DNA from: Candidatus Magasanikiibacteriota bacterium
Lineage (GTDB): Bacteria > Patescibacteriota > Patescibacteriia > Magasanikbacterales > GWA2-37-8
NCBI GenBank assembly: GCA_023246655.1
Contig: JAHFHX010000003.1
Span: 24,875 to 88,874, forward strand
Direction: 5' to 3'
DNA: 64,000 bases
Below the pieces are notes generated by a model. The model was given only the letters and a program-made list of their open reading frames with translations. It was not told the origin of the DNA and did no database searches. Position numbers and translations under genes: made by a program. This document shows positions 39,177-48,279 of the stretch, one piece after another; position 1 is the first letter of the stretch; each line of letters begins with the position of its first letter.

Positions 39177-40235
39177 ATGGCTACCACCCGGCTGGACAAG
39201 CGATTAAAAACTATTCCCTCGGAAATCTGGCTTAAAATAAACAAGGTTGATGAACTCAAAGGTCAGTGGATTTCCGGGGCAAAATTGGACCCTCAAGTTT
39301 TAGATCGTCTTAAACGATCCGTTTTGATTACTTCCACCGGTGCCTCCACCCGTATTGAGGGCGCCAAACTATCGGACGAAGACATTGAAAAAATGATGCG
39401 CGGATTATCCACGCAAAAATTCGCCGACCGAGATGTACAAGAAGTGAAAGGTTACTACGAACTCCTTAACAACGTTTTTGATTCATGGAAACACATAAAA
39501 TTCAACGAGAATACAATAAAACATTTCCACAAAGAATTATTGAAGTATGCCGACAAAGACAAAATCCACCGTGGCGAATACAAAAAACAAGAAAACAGAG
39601 TACATATGGTTGACGAGGCCGGCAATTCTGTTGGCGTACTTTTTGATACCACGCCGGCGTACCTGACTCCAAAGGAAATGCAAGAACTGGTGGAGTGGAC
39701 AACCGGAGCATTAGAAAACAAAACTATTCATCCCCTCTTAACCATTGGCAATTTTTTGGTTGAGTTTTTGAACATACACCCATTTATTGATGGCAACGGC
39801 CGAATTTCACGCGTTCTAACTAATTTCTTACTGCTTAAAATGGGTTATGAATACATGCCCTATATTTCGCACGAGAAGTTAGTGGAAAATAGCAAATCCG
39901 AATACTACATTGCCCTGCGCCGAAGCCAAAAAACGATTAAAAAGAAAAATGAGGATGTAACACCGTGGCTTAACTTTTTTCTTGATATCCTTCTTGAGCA
40001 ATCCAAACAAGCCGTTGAATTGTTGTCAAAGGAAAATATTGAAAAATTGCTTTCGCCCAAACAATTGGCGGTATGGAAATATTTGAACACTGTCGCCGAA
40101 GCAACTCCAGCAGAAATATCTAAACACGCAAAAGTCGCCAGACCGACGATCAACCAGGTGGTGGATAAGTTATTACGTCTAAAAAAGATTGAACGGATTG
40201 GATCTGGTAGGACGACGAGATACAAAAAAATATAA
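39177..40235 (+). CDS. Fic family protein with C-terminal winged HTH
   Basis: HPFIDGNGRISR Fic motif, N-terminal inhibitory STRIEG motif, C-terminal HTH. Confidence 0.92.
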   Translation: MATTRLDKRLKTIPSEIWLKINKVDELKGQWISGAKLDPQVLDRLKRSVLITSTGASTRIEGAKLSDEDIEKMMRGLSTQKFADRDVQEVKGYYELLNNVFDSWKHIKFNENTIKHFHKELLKYADKDKIHRGEYKKQENRVHMVDEAGNSVGVLFDTTPAYLTPKEMQELVEWTTGALENKTIHPLLTIGNFLVEFLNIHPFIDGNGRISRVLTNFLLLKMGYEYMPYISHEKLVENSKSEYYIALRRSQKTIKKKNEDVTPWLNFFLDILLEQSKQAVELLSKENIEKLLSPKQLAVWKYLNTVAEATPAEISKHAKVARPTINQVVDKLLRLKKIERIGSGRTTRYKKI

Positions 40236-40296
40236 TCAAGTGAATTCGCCCCCCTTGATTGAACGAAAAAAACAAAAAGTTAAAATAATGTACATC

Positions 40297-40373
40297 CGAT
40301 AACAGCGTGTATACGGTTCCGCTCCGTTCCACCCATGTGTTTGACGCACATCGCATACACGCGGACGTTAGCT
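40297..40373 (+). other. attC-like recombination site
   Basis: CGATAAC-A-GCGTGTATACG...CGCATACACGC-GGAC-GTTAGCT: AAC/GTT ends, inner complementary boxes, asymmetric spacer, variable terminal hairpin. Confidence 0.65.
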
Positions 40374-40424
40374 GAAATATTCTTTTTCTGGGCTAACGCC
40401 CAGTTGTTTTAAAAATATTTTTTG

Positions 40425-41150
40425 TTATCCTACATACTCAATCTCACTCTCATCCAATCTCCGTATTCCCTCCCCACTTGTTATTTCTTCATAGGTATGT
40501 GCAATGAGCCCCGGTATGCGGCCAAGAATGAAAAAACCGGTGGCGATACGCCAATCAAACCCCATGTCGGATAAAATCGCGGCGTTGGCACCATCCATAT
40601 TTAATGGCAAAGGCTTAGAAGAAATTTTGTTCAATGCCTCGCCAACCGCCACAGCAAACGCACAGTGCTTGCCATAGAGGCCAGTTTCTTTGGCAATCAT
40701 AAATAGAGTGTCGGAACGGTTATCATGGGTTAATACCCGATGCCCATATCCTGGAATGCGGACTTTTTTTTCTTTAAGATTCTTCACCAAGGCATCGACA
40801 TTAGCATTTTCCACATTTGTCTGCAAAAACTGCGCTGCCCCCTCAAGCGCCCCGCCATGTTTACTGCCACCCAGCGCTAAAATTCCGGCTGCGATTGACG
40901 TGTGCATTGCATTTCCAACCGACGCCACCATCCGTGGCACCATAGCAGATGCAACTCCAACACCGTGATCAATCATAGCTGTTAACATCGCATTGAGCAT
41001 CTTTGTTTCCGCTGGCGTTGGCAATTGCCCTCGCCAAATTAAAAATACGGTCTCAACGAAACTGTTATTCCGAACAAGATCGTGGAGATTTTTCCCTCGA
41101 ATAATTTCTTGGCCATCGTTGACATTGCTAATTGCAGTTTTCCACTTCAT
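40425..41150 (-). CDS. Citryl-CoA lyase (citrate synthase-like C-terminal module of ATP-citrate lyase)
   Basis: WKTAIS, IDHG, KHGGA, IPGYGHR, LNMDGA, RIPGLIAH. Confidence 0.88.
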   Translation of the reverse strand: MKWKTAISNVNDGQEIIRGKNLHDLVRNNSFVETVFLIWRGQLPTPAETKMLNAMLTAMIDHGVGVASAMVPRMVASVGNAMHTSIAAGILALGGSKHGGALEGAAQFLQTNVENANVDALVKNLKEKKVRIPGYGHRVLTHDNRSDTLFMIAKETGLYGKHCAFAVAVGEALNKISSKPLPLNMDGANAAILSDMGFDWRIATGFFILGRIPGLIAHTYEEITSGEGIRRLDESEIEYVG

Positions 41151-41241
41151 ATATGATCGAAAGATTAAAAGACTAGAAGGCTAGAAGATTGTGACCGCTC
41201 GCGAATCTCACAAAATCTTATAATCTTTCAATCTTATAATC

Positions 41242-42006
41242 TTAAATCTTCCTCGCCATAATCGCCATAAACAGCGGTATCTCTGCAAAACTTACATTCT
41301 CTTTTTTATTTGTACTCTTTTTATCACTCACCCACTCTTCAATTTTCTCAATCATGAGTCCTGCGTCAAACAAAAATTGAGCATACGCTGACAGTGGCTG
41401 ATGAAAACTCAAAGTTCGCTCACTCGCCCGCTGCCCAGGATGCATTTCAATGGGTATTTTCATGGGCGTCATATACCGTGTTACCCATCGATGTTGTTGT
41501 TTATTTTCGGAAATTCCCCAGCCGCTCTGTCGGGGAATTCTAAAGGCTGGGTGATTAATTACAAATATAAATCGCCCATCCCTTTTTAAATGCTGCGTTG
41601 CATTCGCAATCGCTCGCTCCGGATGCTCCATATTCTGCAAACTAAATAAGGCTATGGCATGAGAAAAATCTTTTTTAACAATCGGCAGTGGCGCCGTGGC
41701 ATCGGCCACTGTATATTCATGTTGTGAATTTTTATCCTGCATTCGCGCCGCCTTAATTAAGCTCGGAGCCGAATCAATGCCATGATAAAAAATATCTTTA
41801 GAAAGATGGCGCGCTAAAATTCCCTGACCTGCACCAATATCAAGCACACTGTCCCCGGCTTTCAAATGCGTGAGTTTAAGCACCCCAGGTATCACCACAT
41901 GTTGATGATAGTAGTGCCCTTCCTTGCCAACTAACTTATTATACCAACCACTGGATTGTTCCCACGACGTCTCGCTCCGTTGATAAAATTTTTTCTTTTT
42001 ATGCAT
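41242..42006 (-). CDS. Class I SAM-dependent methyltransferase
   Basis: VLDIGAGQG, NHPAFRIPRQSGW. Confidence 0.85.
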   Translation of the reverse strand: MHKKKKFYQRSETSWEQSSGWYNKLVGKEGHYYHQHVVIPGVLKLTHLKAGDSVLDIGAGQGILARHLSKDIFYHGIDSAPSLIKAARMQDKNSQHEYTVADATAPLPIVKKDFSHAIALFSLQNMEHPERAIANATQHLKRDGRFIFVINHPAFRIPRQSGWGISENKQQHRWVTRYMTPMKIPIEMHPGQRASERTLSFHQPLSAYAQFLFDAGLMIEKIEEWVSDKKSTNKKENVSFAEIPLFMAIMARKI

Positions 42007-42047
42007 ACATCACTATTTCCTTATTTCTCTATTTCATTATTTCCGTT

Positions 42048-42989
42048 TTATTCTCTAAATTCCCCCTGCCGCACCGAACGGCGCAGAAGCCACCACAATA
42101 CTACCACACCACCAACAATAATAACCACTCGCTTTGGATTATTATGATCAGAAACAGTATTCCATATCGGCTCTACCTTCTCCACATAAGGCACTGCCTT
42201 ATTCCAATACTCCTGCCCCTTGGCATAATATTCCTTACCCTTATCAAATGTCGACTTTGTTTGAGAATAAACTGCTTCGATTTTTCCAGCTGTCGAGGTA
42301 ATGGTGTTAGCTACCTGTTCTGCTTGAGCTAAAATTTCTCGATTCTTCTGAAAAATATTCTGCGCACTAGCCGCAATATTGCTAGCAATACCAAAAGCAC
42401 TGGTAGTTTCTTTTCTTCCTGGAGCCACCAACGTCAAGGTATCACCTTCTTTCTTCACTAGCACGCGAGTAGTGCCAAGAATGGCTAGCCGCTCAGTTGA
42501 TGTATTTACTGCTAACGTGCTACTGGAGAATTCCGTCTGGGGAGTGGGGAATGTTACGGCCCCAGGCACAATCTTCGTATCACCAATCGTGAGCGGCGCA
42601 CCAGTGAAACTATTTATCTGTCCAACATCTAATTCTTGCCGCTTACCTTTTTCGTCAATCGCCACCGCCTTAATGAATCGTGCTCCTAATGTATGTTCAC
42701 CTTCCGTTGGCTCCCAAAAAACGCGTATCTGTTGGGCGCTCTCTTTAAATAAATTTTTTATTTCCACCGTATCAATTATTTCGCCATTATCATAAAACCC
42801 CACCTGTCCCTCCAAAGCATAATAATCATTATTAATAATTACACTATATACGCGCACCGTCTCATGTGGAACAAACGACGTGCGCGAAAACCAAATGCCA
42901 GTCGAGGGCACAAAGCCAACGCCAGCGGCATAAACACTAGATGGTAATAAAAAAATTATCAAAAATAGAATTCTTCCAAAGATACGCAT
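42048..42989 (-). CDS. Secreted/membrane hypothetical protein with a CARDB-like Ig domain
   Basis: Signal peptide, beta domain (WEPTEGEH), C-terminal TM helix. Confidence 0.6.
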   Translation of the reverse strand: MRIFGRILFLIIFLLPSSVYAAGVGFVPSTGIWFSRTSFVPHETVRVYSVIINNDYYALEGQVGFYDNGEIIDTVEIKNLFKESAQQIRVFWEPTEGEHTLGARFIKAVAIDEKGKRQELDVGQINSFTGAPLTIGDTKIVPGAVTFPTPQTEFSSSTLAVNTSTERLAILGTTRVLVKKEGDTLTLVAPGRKETTSAFGIASNIAASAQNIFQKNREILAQAEQVANTITSTAGKIEAVYSQTKSTFDKGKEYYAKGQEYWNKAVPYVEKVEPIWNTVSDHNNPKRVVIIVGGVVVLWWLLRRSVRQGEFRE

Positions 42990-43000
42990 AACATTATATT

Positions 43001-43822
43001 TCAATTCATAAACGCAGATACAAATTCCTGCGTATTAAGATGGAGTTCTCGTACTTGAGGCAGTTTGCCAGATATAAGATATTTACGAAGCAAACCAGTA
43101 TTATATTCTAAAGCTAATCGTTGTGTTTTTTGTACCGATTGTTTCTCTGATACAGCTGCACGGAAATATAAGGGACTCTTAATCTTTCGAAATACTCTAT
43201 GGATAATGGTTTGATACTGCTCACCTAATAACCAAGATATCAAAATAATTTTGTTAGCACTAAGGTCATTATGAGCAATTTTTTGTGCTACTATCCTAAA
43301 ACCCTCCATAAGCTGAGAGAGTTGCGCTGTGGCACTCAATGTATTGGGATCAATATGAAACGACAAGGCTCCATCTGGTTCCTGCTCATAATATACTACC
43401 TTATTGACGTACCTATCTTGATTTTTGGGATGTTCCTCATGAGCTCCCCAAAACGCAAGGTAGTAACGATCTCGTCCAAGAGAAACAATTTTTTCTGCTA
43501 ACTTTAAAGGAGTAAATGAGCTACTCTCTGCTTGTTGAAGAGCAAAACTTTTCAACTTATCAATTTTATCATGTAGTTGACGCATACGTACTTTAACCGT
43601 TGATTGTATGTCCGTCGATACGGACTGCAGTATCTCTTGATAGAGCTCAAAACAACGAGCAAATCGTCGAAAGGATTCATTATGTATCAAATTTTGAATC
43701 TTTTCTTGTATTTCATGAGGGTTAGATTGACTATCATACAAATCACCGGGTTCGAGCAAATTATAAAAATCATCCGGGGTTCCCTCTCTCATATTGGATT
43801 TCTTAGAACCAAATAATCCCAT
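43001..43822 (-). CDS. Hypothetical protein
   Basis: ~273 aa AT-rich ORF with no recognised motif. Confidence 0.6.
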   Translation of the reverse strand: MGLFGSKKSNMREGTPDDFYNLLEPGDLYDSQSNPHEIQEKIQNLIHNESFRRFARCFELYQEILQSVSTDIQSTVKVRMRQLHDKIDKLKSFALQQAESSSFTPLKLAEKIVSLGRDRYYLAFWGAHEEHPKNQDRYVNKVVYYEQEPDGALSFHIDPNTLSATAQLSQLMEGFRIVAQKIAHNDLSANKIILISWLLGEQYQTIIHRVFRKIKSPLYFRAAVSEKQSVQKTQRLALEYNTGLLRKYLISGKLPQVRELHLNTQEFVSAFMN

Positions 43823-43832
43823 ATATTTGATA

Positions 43833-44801
43833 CTAAACAAATGGTTTCACCAACTTCACTAACTCTTCATATGTATCGGCAATCATTGCCCCGACTGCTT
43901 TGAGCGCTGCTTCCTTCTCTGTTGCCCCTTGTCCTCGCGCTACAATTGCTCCCGCGTGGCCGATGTTCATGCCTTCGGGGAGCATCTGAGCAAACTTGCC
44001 CCCGATGTAAATCGCCAAAGGCTTCGTAAATTCTTTATTTTTTATTAATTCAACAATCTCAAACTCATAACTGCCACCATGCTCACCAAAAATAATCACG
44101 GCTTTGGTTTGTTCGTCTTTCTCAAACAGTCGTAACACATCAGCATACGTTGTGCCCATGAGCAAATCACCACCAACATGCACTGCTGCACTCTGCCCGA
44201 GTCCCGCTTGCCGAATAATCCACGACAATTCATTCGTCATACCGCCCGAACGAGAGATAACACCAATCGAACCGGGCTGAAAAATTTCCCGCACTAAGGG
44301 ACCGCCGACAACTCCAATTCGTCCGACATCTGGCACGATCAAACCCAATGAACTCGGACCAACAATCCTGACTCCTCGCTCTTTCGCCGCTGCCAAACAA
44401 TAGGCCGTATCTTTAATCGGAATCCGCTCCACAAAAATATTTATGAGAGGAATATTGTTTTCAATCGCTTCGAGGATGGCGGCTTTGGCGGCGAAAGGGG
44501 GAACGTAAACAACAGCTACCCAATTGTCATTGCGAGGAGCCGAAGGCGACGCGGCAATCTCCCCGTTTTCCTCTTGTCGGGGGGATTGCTTCGCTCCTTC
44601 GTCGCTCGCAATGACAGCGAGAGCCTCCCGCACCGTATCAAACACCGGCTTACCCTCAACTTCCTGTCCACCTTTTTTCGGTGTCACGCCGCACACTACA
44701 TTAATGCCGTAATCCAACATTGCCTTGGCCGCCTTTTGGCCTTCTTTACCAGTCATGCCTTGAATGAGAACGTTGGTTTCGGATGAAATAAGAATACTCA
44801 T
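43833..44801 (-). CDS. CoA-binding/phospho-His subunit (SucD-like; N-terminal part of ATP-citrate lyase alpha) with in-frame palindromic insertion
   Basis: IQGMTGKEG, VGPSS.G, ISRSGGMTNE, VGGD, GHAGA. Confidence 0.85.
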   Translation of the reverse strand: MSILISSETNVLIQGMTGKEGQKAAKAMLDYGINVVCGVTPKKGGQEVEGKPVFDTVREALAVIASDEGAKQSPRQEENGEIAASPSAPRNDNWVAVVYVPPFAAKAAILEAIENNIPLINIFVERIPIKDTAYCLAAAKERGVRIVGPSSLGLIVPDVGRIGVVGGPLVREIFQPGSIGVISRSGGMTNELSWIIRQAGLGQSAAVHVGGDLLMGTTYADVLRLFEKDEQTKAVIIFGEHGGSYEFEIVELIKNKEFTKPLAIYIGGKFAQMLPEGMNIGHAGAIVARGQGATEKEAALKAVGAMIADTYEELVKLVKPFV

Positions 44802-46042
44802 ACTGTTTTTGTGGTCACTGCGTTAACCATCTCTGCCAACACTTTCGCCGTCTCGCTCATACTTGTCTCTTTGGTAAATAATTTTATATTGAAATTATTC
44901 CGCGTTGCACACTCTCGCATCAGAGCAAACGCTTCTTGGCTCTCCGGACCATCGCGACGCACCACAATCGGATACGTCGGTTTTATTTCATCGAGCGCAT
45001 CGATAATTCCCAAAAAGGTTTCTTTGATATTGGTAAAATTCGCCACCACTCCCGCCATCCAAAGTCCGCGGAGCGCCGGCTTAGACAAAACAATTTTTGC
45101 GAGTTGATACACTTTCTCTCGCGGCGGATTCCCCGAATACTCCGTATAATTTGCCGGTTTGAGACCAGCTTTTATTAATGCGTCCATATTCGCAATGCTT
45201 GCTCCGCCGCCATTCAAAATCATTGCAATATCGCCGTCGAGCTCAATATATTTCCCGGCCGTACCTCGGTAATACGCTTCGCCTTCATCAATTTTTTTCA
45301 CAGCGACCTCCCGCTCCGTCGGCAGCCGCCCCATCATTGTCCGCGGCTCGAGTTGATTCCACTCCTCATGCCTAAAAAACGCGTCATCATCAATTGCCAC
45401 TTTTGCATCCGCCGCGACCCATTGACCATCGGCGGTTTTAACGAGCGGGTTGATTTCTACGAGACGGGTGTCTTCGGTTAGGAAGCAAGACCAGAGCGAT
45501 TGCACCACCGACGACCACCCCCGCCCCCCTCCTTCGTAAGGAGGGGTCAACGAATCGTTGCGGCCACTTGAGGTGTCCCCTCCTTGCGAAGGAGGGGAAT
45601 AAGGGGTGGTTTCGCTTCGCACATCCACCCACGTCTTTTCAATCTTTTCTTCCGGAACATCCTCAATATCCATTCCGCCCTGTCGCGAATAAATCACCAC
45701 CGGCTGTTTTTTGTTGGTATCGTAAGTAATCGATAAATAATGTTCCTCAGCAATGGAAAGTTCCTCCTCAATTAAAACTGCCGCTACATATTGCCCGCTA
45801 ATATTTAGCTTAAACAAATCATTAATAGCGGCTACACCATCTTCAACACTGGAACAAAATCTTATTCCATTATTCTTCCCGCGCTTACCACTAAGCACTT
45901 GGGCTTTCACAACAAAATTCTTAATTCTTAGCTCTTCAATCTTCATTCTGGCATCATCTCCACGCCGAACCACTACGCCTTTTGGCGTGACAATGCCGTG
46001 CTTTTCAAATAATTTTTTCCCTTCAAATTCGTATAAATTCAT
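44798..46042 (-). CDS. ATP-grasp + citrate-binding subunit (ATP-citrate lyase beta / citryl-CoA synthetase-like) with in-frame insertions
   Basis: LYEFEGK, KAQVLSGKRGK, EINPL; Acl-type NGGGAS, ANYTEYSGNP, ANFTN, VRRDGP. Confidence 0.82.
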   Translation of the reverse strand: MNLYEFEGKKLFEKHGIVTPKGVVVRRGDDARMKIEELRIKNFVVKAQVLSGKRGKNNGIRFCSSVEDGVAAINDLFKLNISGQYVAAVLIEEELSIAEEHYLSITYDTNKKQPVVIYSRQGGMDIEDVPEEKIEKTWVDVRSETTPYSPPSQGGDTSSGRNDSLTPPYEGGGRGWSSVVQSLWSCFLTEDTRLVEINPLVKTADGQWVAADAKVAIDDDAFFRHEEWNQLEPRTMMGRLPTEREVAVKKIDEGEAYYRGTAGKYIELDGDIAMILNGGGASIANMDALIKAGLKPANYTEYSGNPPREKVYQLAKIVLSKPALRGLWMAGVVANFTNIKETFLGIIDALDEIKPTYPIVVRRDGPESQEAFALMRECATRNNFNIKLFTKETSMSETAKVLAEMVNAVTTKTV

Positions 46043-46047
46043 AATAA

Positions 46048-46857
46048 CTATTCCTTTATATACATGGCGTGGTCCACAGTATCTTCGCTTGGAGGAGGAA
46101 ACTTAACCACTTCATCTAACCTAAAACCATATTTTTCTGGATTAAATCCATGTGTTGCTCGCCCAATAATTAAGGCATCCCCCGGCTGTAAGATTCTCGC
46201 CATTTCCGCAAGACATGCTTCGCGATACTGAGCCCCAGCAGTGTCTGCCTCTAAACGCCTCTTCGCGAATCTATGTGTAGACTCTTTTTGTAAGACAGCC
46301 TCCAGTTCCAATCTTCCCACTTCACTCAACTGAAAAAACTCAAGCCCACTCATATACACTACAGTCTTGCCAACGCCCTCAATCTGTGATAAAAATGTTA
46401 AAATATCTTCATTAATGTAAAATTCTGGTATCTGCTCTTCGCCAATCCGAGCAGTCTGTATTTGAGGTTGTACGGCTTTATCAACCCCAATATAACGGGT
46501 AGCACCAAAAGCTTCAGCTAATGCCCGTGGTTCTCCCGAAGCTTTCGGATCACCGCAAGGAAGATCAATAAAAGTACGACCCTTGACCAAATCTCTAAAT
46601 TTTTGTCCAAACGGAGTTAAAACATCATCGGACACGTCGTGCCGTATCGCTTCAGCCGGACGCGGCTCTTGAAAATTATAACCATCCCACTCCAGAAATA
46701 ACCTTTTTTGTTTCGAAATTGCATCAATCAAATATTTAGAAAAATTCTGAGATGAACCTACCACTTCAGCTTTTTCCCTAAGTAATGTATATGTCGCAGG
46801 GGTCCTTCGAGTTAAAAACTCTCCCAATATCCTTTGTGTCTGTCTGCTTTCTCTCAT
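46048..46857 (-). CDS. Hypothetical protein, possibly SAM-methyltransferase fold
   Basis: FIDLPCG, YIGVD, ARILQPG resemble degenerate class I MTase motifs. Confidence 0.5.
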   Translation of the reverse strand: MRESRQTQRILGEFLTRRTPATYTLLREKAEVVGSSQNFSKYLIDAISKQKRLFLEWDGYNFQEPRPAEAIRHDVSDDVLTPFGQKFRDLVKGRTFIDLPCGDPKASGEPRALAEAFGATRYIGVDKAVQPQIQTARIGEEQIPEFYINEDILTFLSQIEGVGKTVVYMSGLEFFQLSEVGRLELEAVLQKESTHRFAKRRLEADTAGAQYREACLAEMARILQPGDALIIGRATHGFNPEKYGFRLDEVVKFPPPSEDTVDHAMYIKE

Positions 46858-47201
46858 ACATCATCGACGTCTATTGTAAAATCCATCCTAAACTCCTTGC
46901 CATAATCTTTAAACCCCAAACTCTCGTACCAGGCATGCACCTGCGGACGACTATAGCGGCTGGTGCCGATAAGCTTGTAGCACCCGTGCCCTTTGGCCTC
47001 GGCAATCACCATTTCGACGAGCTTGGTACCAATGCCTCGCCCTCGCATATCTTCATCAACTAAAAGATCAGTAAAAAAACCATACAAAGTATCGTCTTTA
47101 GAAATAACATACAGGTAAGCGCGCCCCACCTCTCGCCCATTCTCTTCAGCACTAACCCGTACTGCATATGCATCACGTTTAATTTCTTTTTTAAACTCCA
47201 T
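46854..47201 (-). CDS. GNAT family N-acetyltransferase
   Basis: DLLVDEDMRGRGIGT, AWYESLGF; upstream ORF extension is REP-derived. Confidence 0.88.
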   Translation of the reverse strand: MEFKKEIKRDAYAVRVSAEENGREVGRAYLYVISKDDTLYGFFTDLLVDEDMRGRGIGTKLVEMVIAEAKGHGCYKLIGTSRYSRPQVHAWYESLGFKDYGKEFRMDFTIDVDDV

Positions 47202-47216
47202 AACATCGTTTACGAT

Positions 47217-47304
47217 TGTCATCCCGACCGCAGGAGGGATCTCTGGCTCACTCGCCAACGGACAGAGATTCCTCGTCGGCCGCGAGGCCTCACTCGGAAT
47301 GACA
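47217..47304. repeat. REP-like palindrome that supplies the yvcK C-terminus and stop codon
   Basis: Close reverse complement of 3836-3930; overlaps the last codons CHSE* of 47290-48276. Confidence 0.85.
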
Positions 47305-48276
47305 ATTAAATAAATCCACCAAAATTTTCGACAATTTCTCCGAACTCAACCCTCCTTCTTCCTTTTCAAAATCTGCTCCAATAATATTTTTATTTTTAAT
47401 ATTTTCAATATCTTTCATAAACGTGCCCCATTTTTTTTCTGCATACTTTCTCTGCTGCGCTGGAGTCAGCATGGAATTATTATACACCACCACATCAATT
47501 TTTCGTGGCAGATAGCGCTCTAATTGCTCTACAAAATCACTCAACCGTTCCGGGCCGGTCTCACCTTCAAGCTCATAAGCATCGCCCGCAACATATATGA
47601 GTTGCGCCGGTGATTGTGTAATGGCTTCTTTCGTTCCGGTTGGCAACAATGTTGCCACGACACTTGTATAAAGACTCCCCGGACTCAAAAAAATATAATC
47701 GGCTTGTTCAATAACCTCACCAGCGCCATCGTACATAACAGCATTTGGTTCCAACCATACTCGGCTAATCTTGAGCGATCGATCATACGTCGGTCGATCA
47801 ATCGCCGCTTCAGTCTTTATAATGGTACCATTCACAAGCTCCGCACACAAATCATTCATCTCAAGCGTCGCGGGGTATACATGCCCAACCGCTTCCACCA
47901 CTTCCTCAAGAGTTCTCAAGGCGCTTACATAATCACTCTCGTACGCAGCTAAAAAAGCGATAAATAAACTCCCCAAATTTGGGCGACTCGTTCCAGCAAA
48001 CACGGCATCGAGTTGCGGCGCCTTTGTACAACGATTTGTATAAAAAATTTTTCTAAGAACTGCATAATCATAAGGAGAAAGTGCAAGCGCTGCCCGAACA
48101 ACATCGGCTGGTGGCGGAACATTAAACTCACGCCGCACCACCCCCATAGAGCGACCGGAATCACTCATGGTGATAACTGCTGAAATATCTAAACGATCAG
48201 AAAATTTCTTGAGAGCGTTCAAGACAACGGCACTTCCGTTTCCCCCACCAATAACAACAACTTTCTTCTTAACCAT
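47290..48276 (-). CDS. YvcK/GlmR (CofD/UPF0052) family protein
   Basis: VVVIGGGNG, MSDSGRS, PADV, PGSLYTSV. Confidence 0.85.
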   Translation of the reverse strand: MVKKKVVVIGGGNGSAVVLNALKKFSDRLDISAVITMSDSGRSMGVVRREFNVPPPADVVRAALALSPYDYAVLRKIFYTNRCTKAPQLDAVFAGTSRPNLGSLFIAFLAAYESDYVSALRTLEEVVEAVGHVYPATLEMNDLCAELVNGTIIKTEAAIDRPTYDRSLKISRVWLEPNAVMYDGAGEVIEQADYIFLSPGSLYTSVVATLLPTGTKEAITQSPAQLIYVAGDAYELEGETGPERLSDFVEQLERYLPRKIDVVVYNNSMLTPAQQRKYAEKKWGTFMKDIENIKNKNIIGADFEKEEGGLSSEKLSKILVDLFNCHSE

Positions 48277-48279
48277 AAA

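Noticed and set aside
43833-46042. Succinyl-CoA synthetase sucCD
   Set aside because: The beta subunit has Acl-type citrate-binding motifs and a citryl-CoA lyase lies nearby
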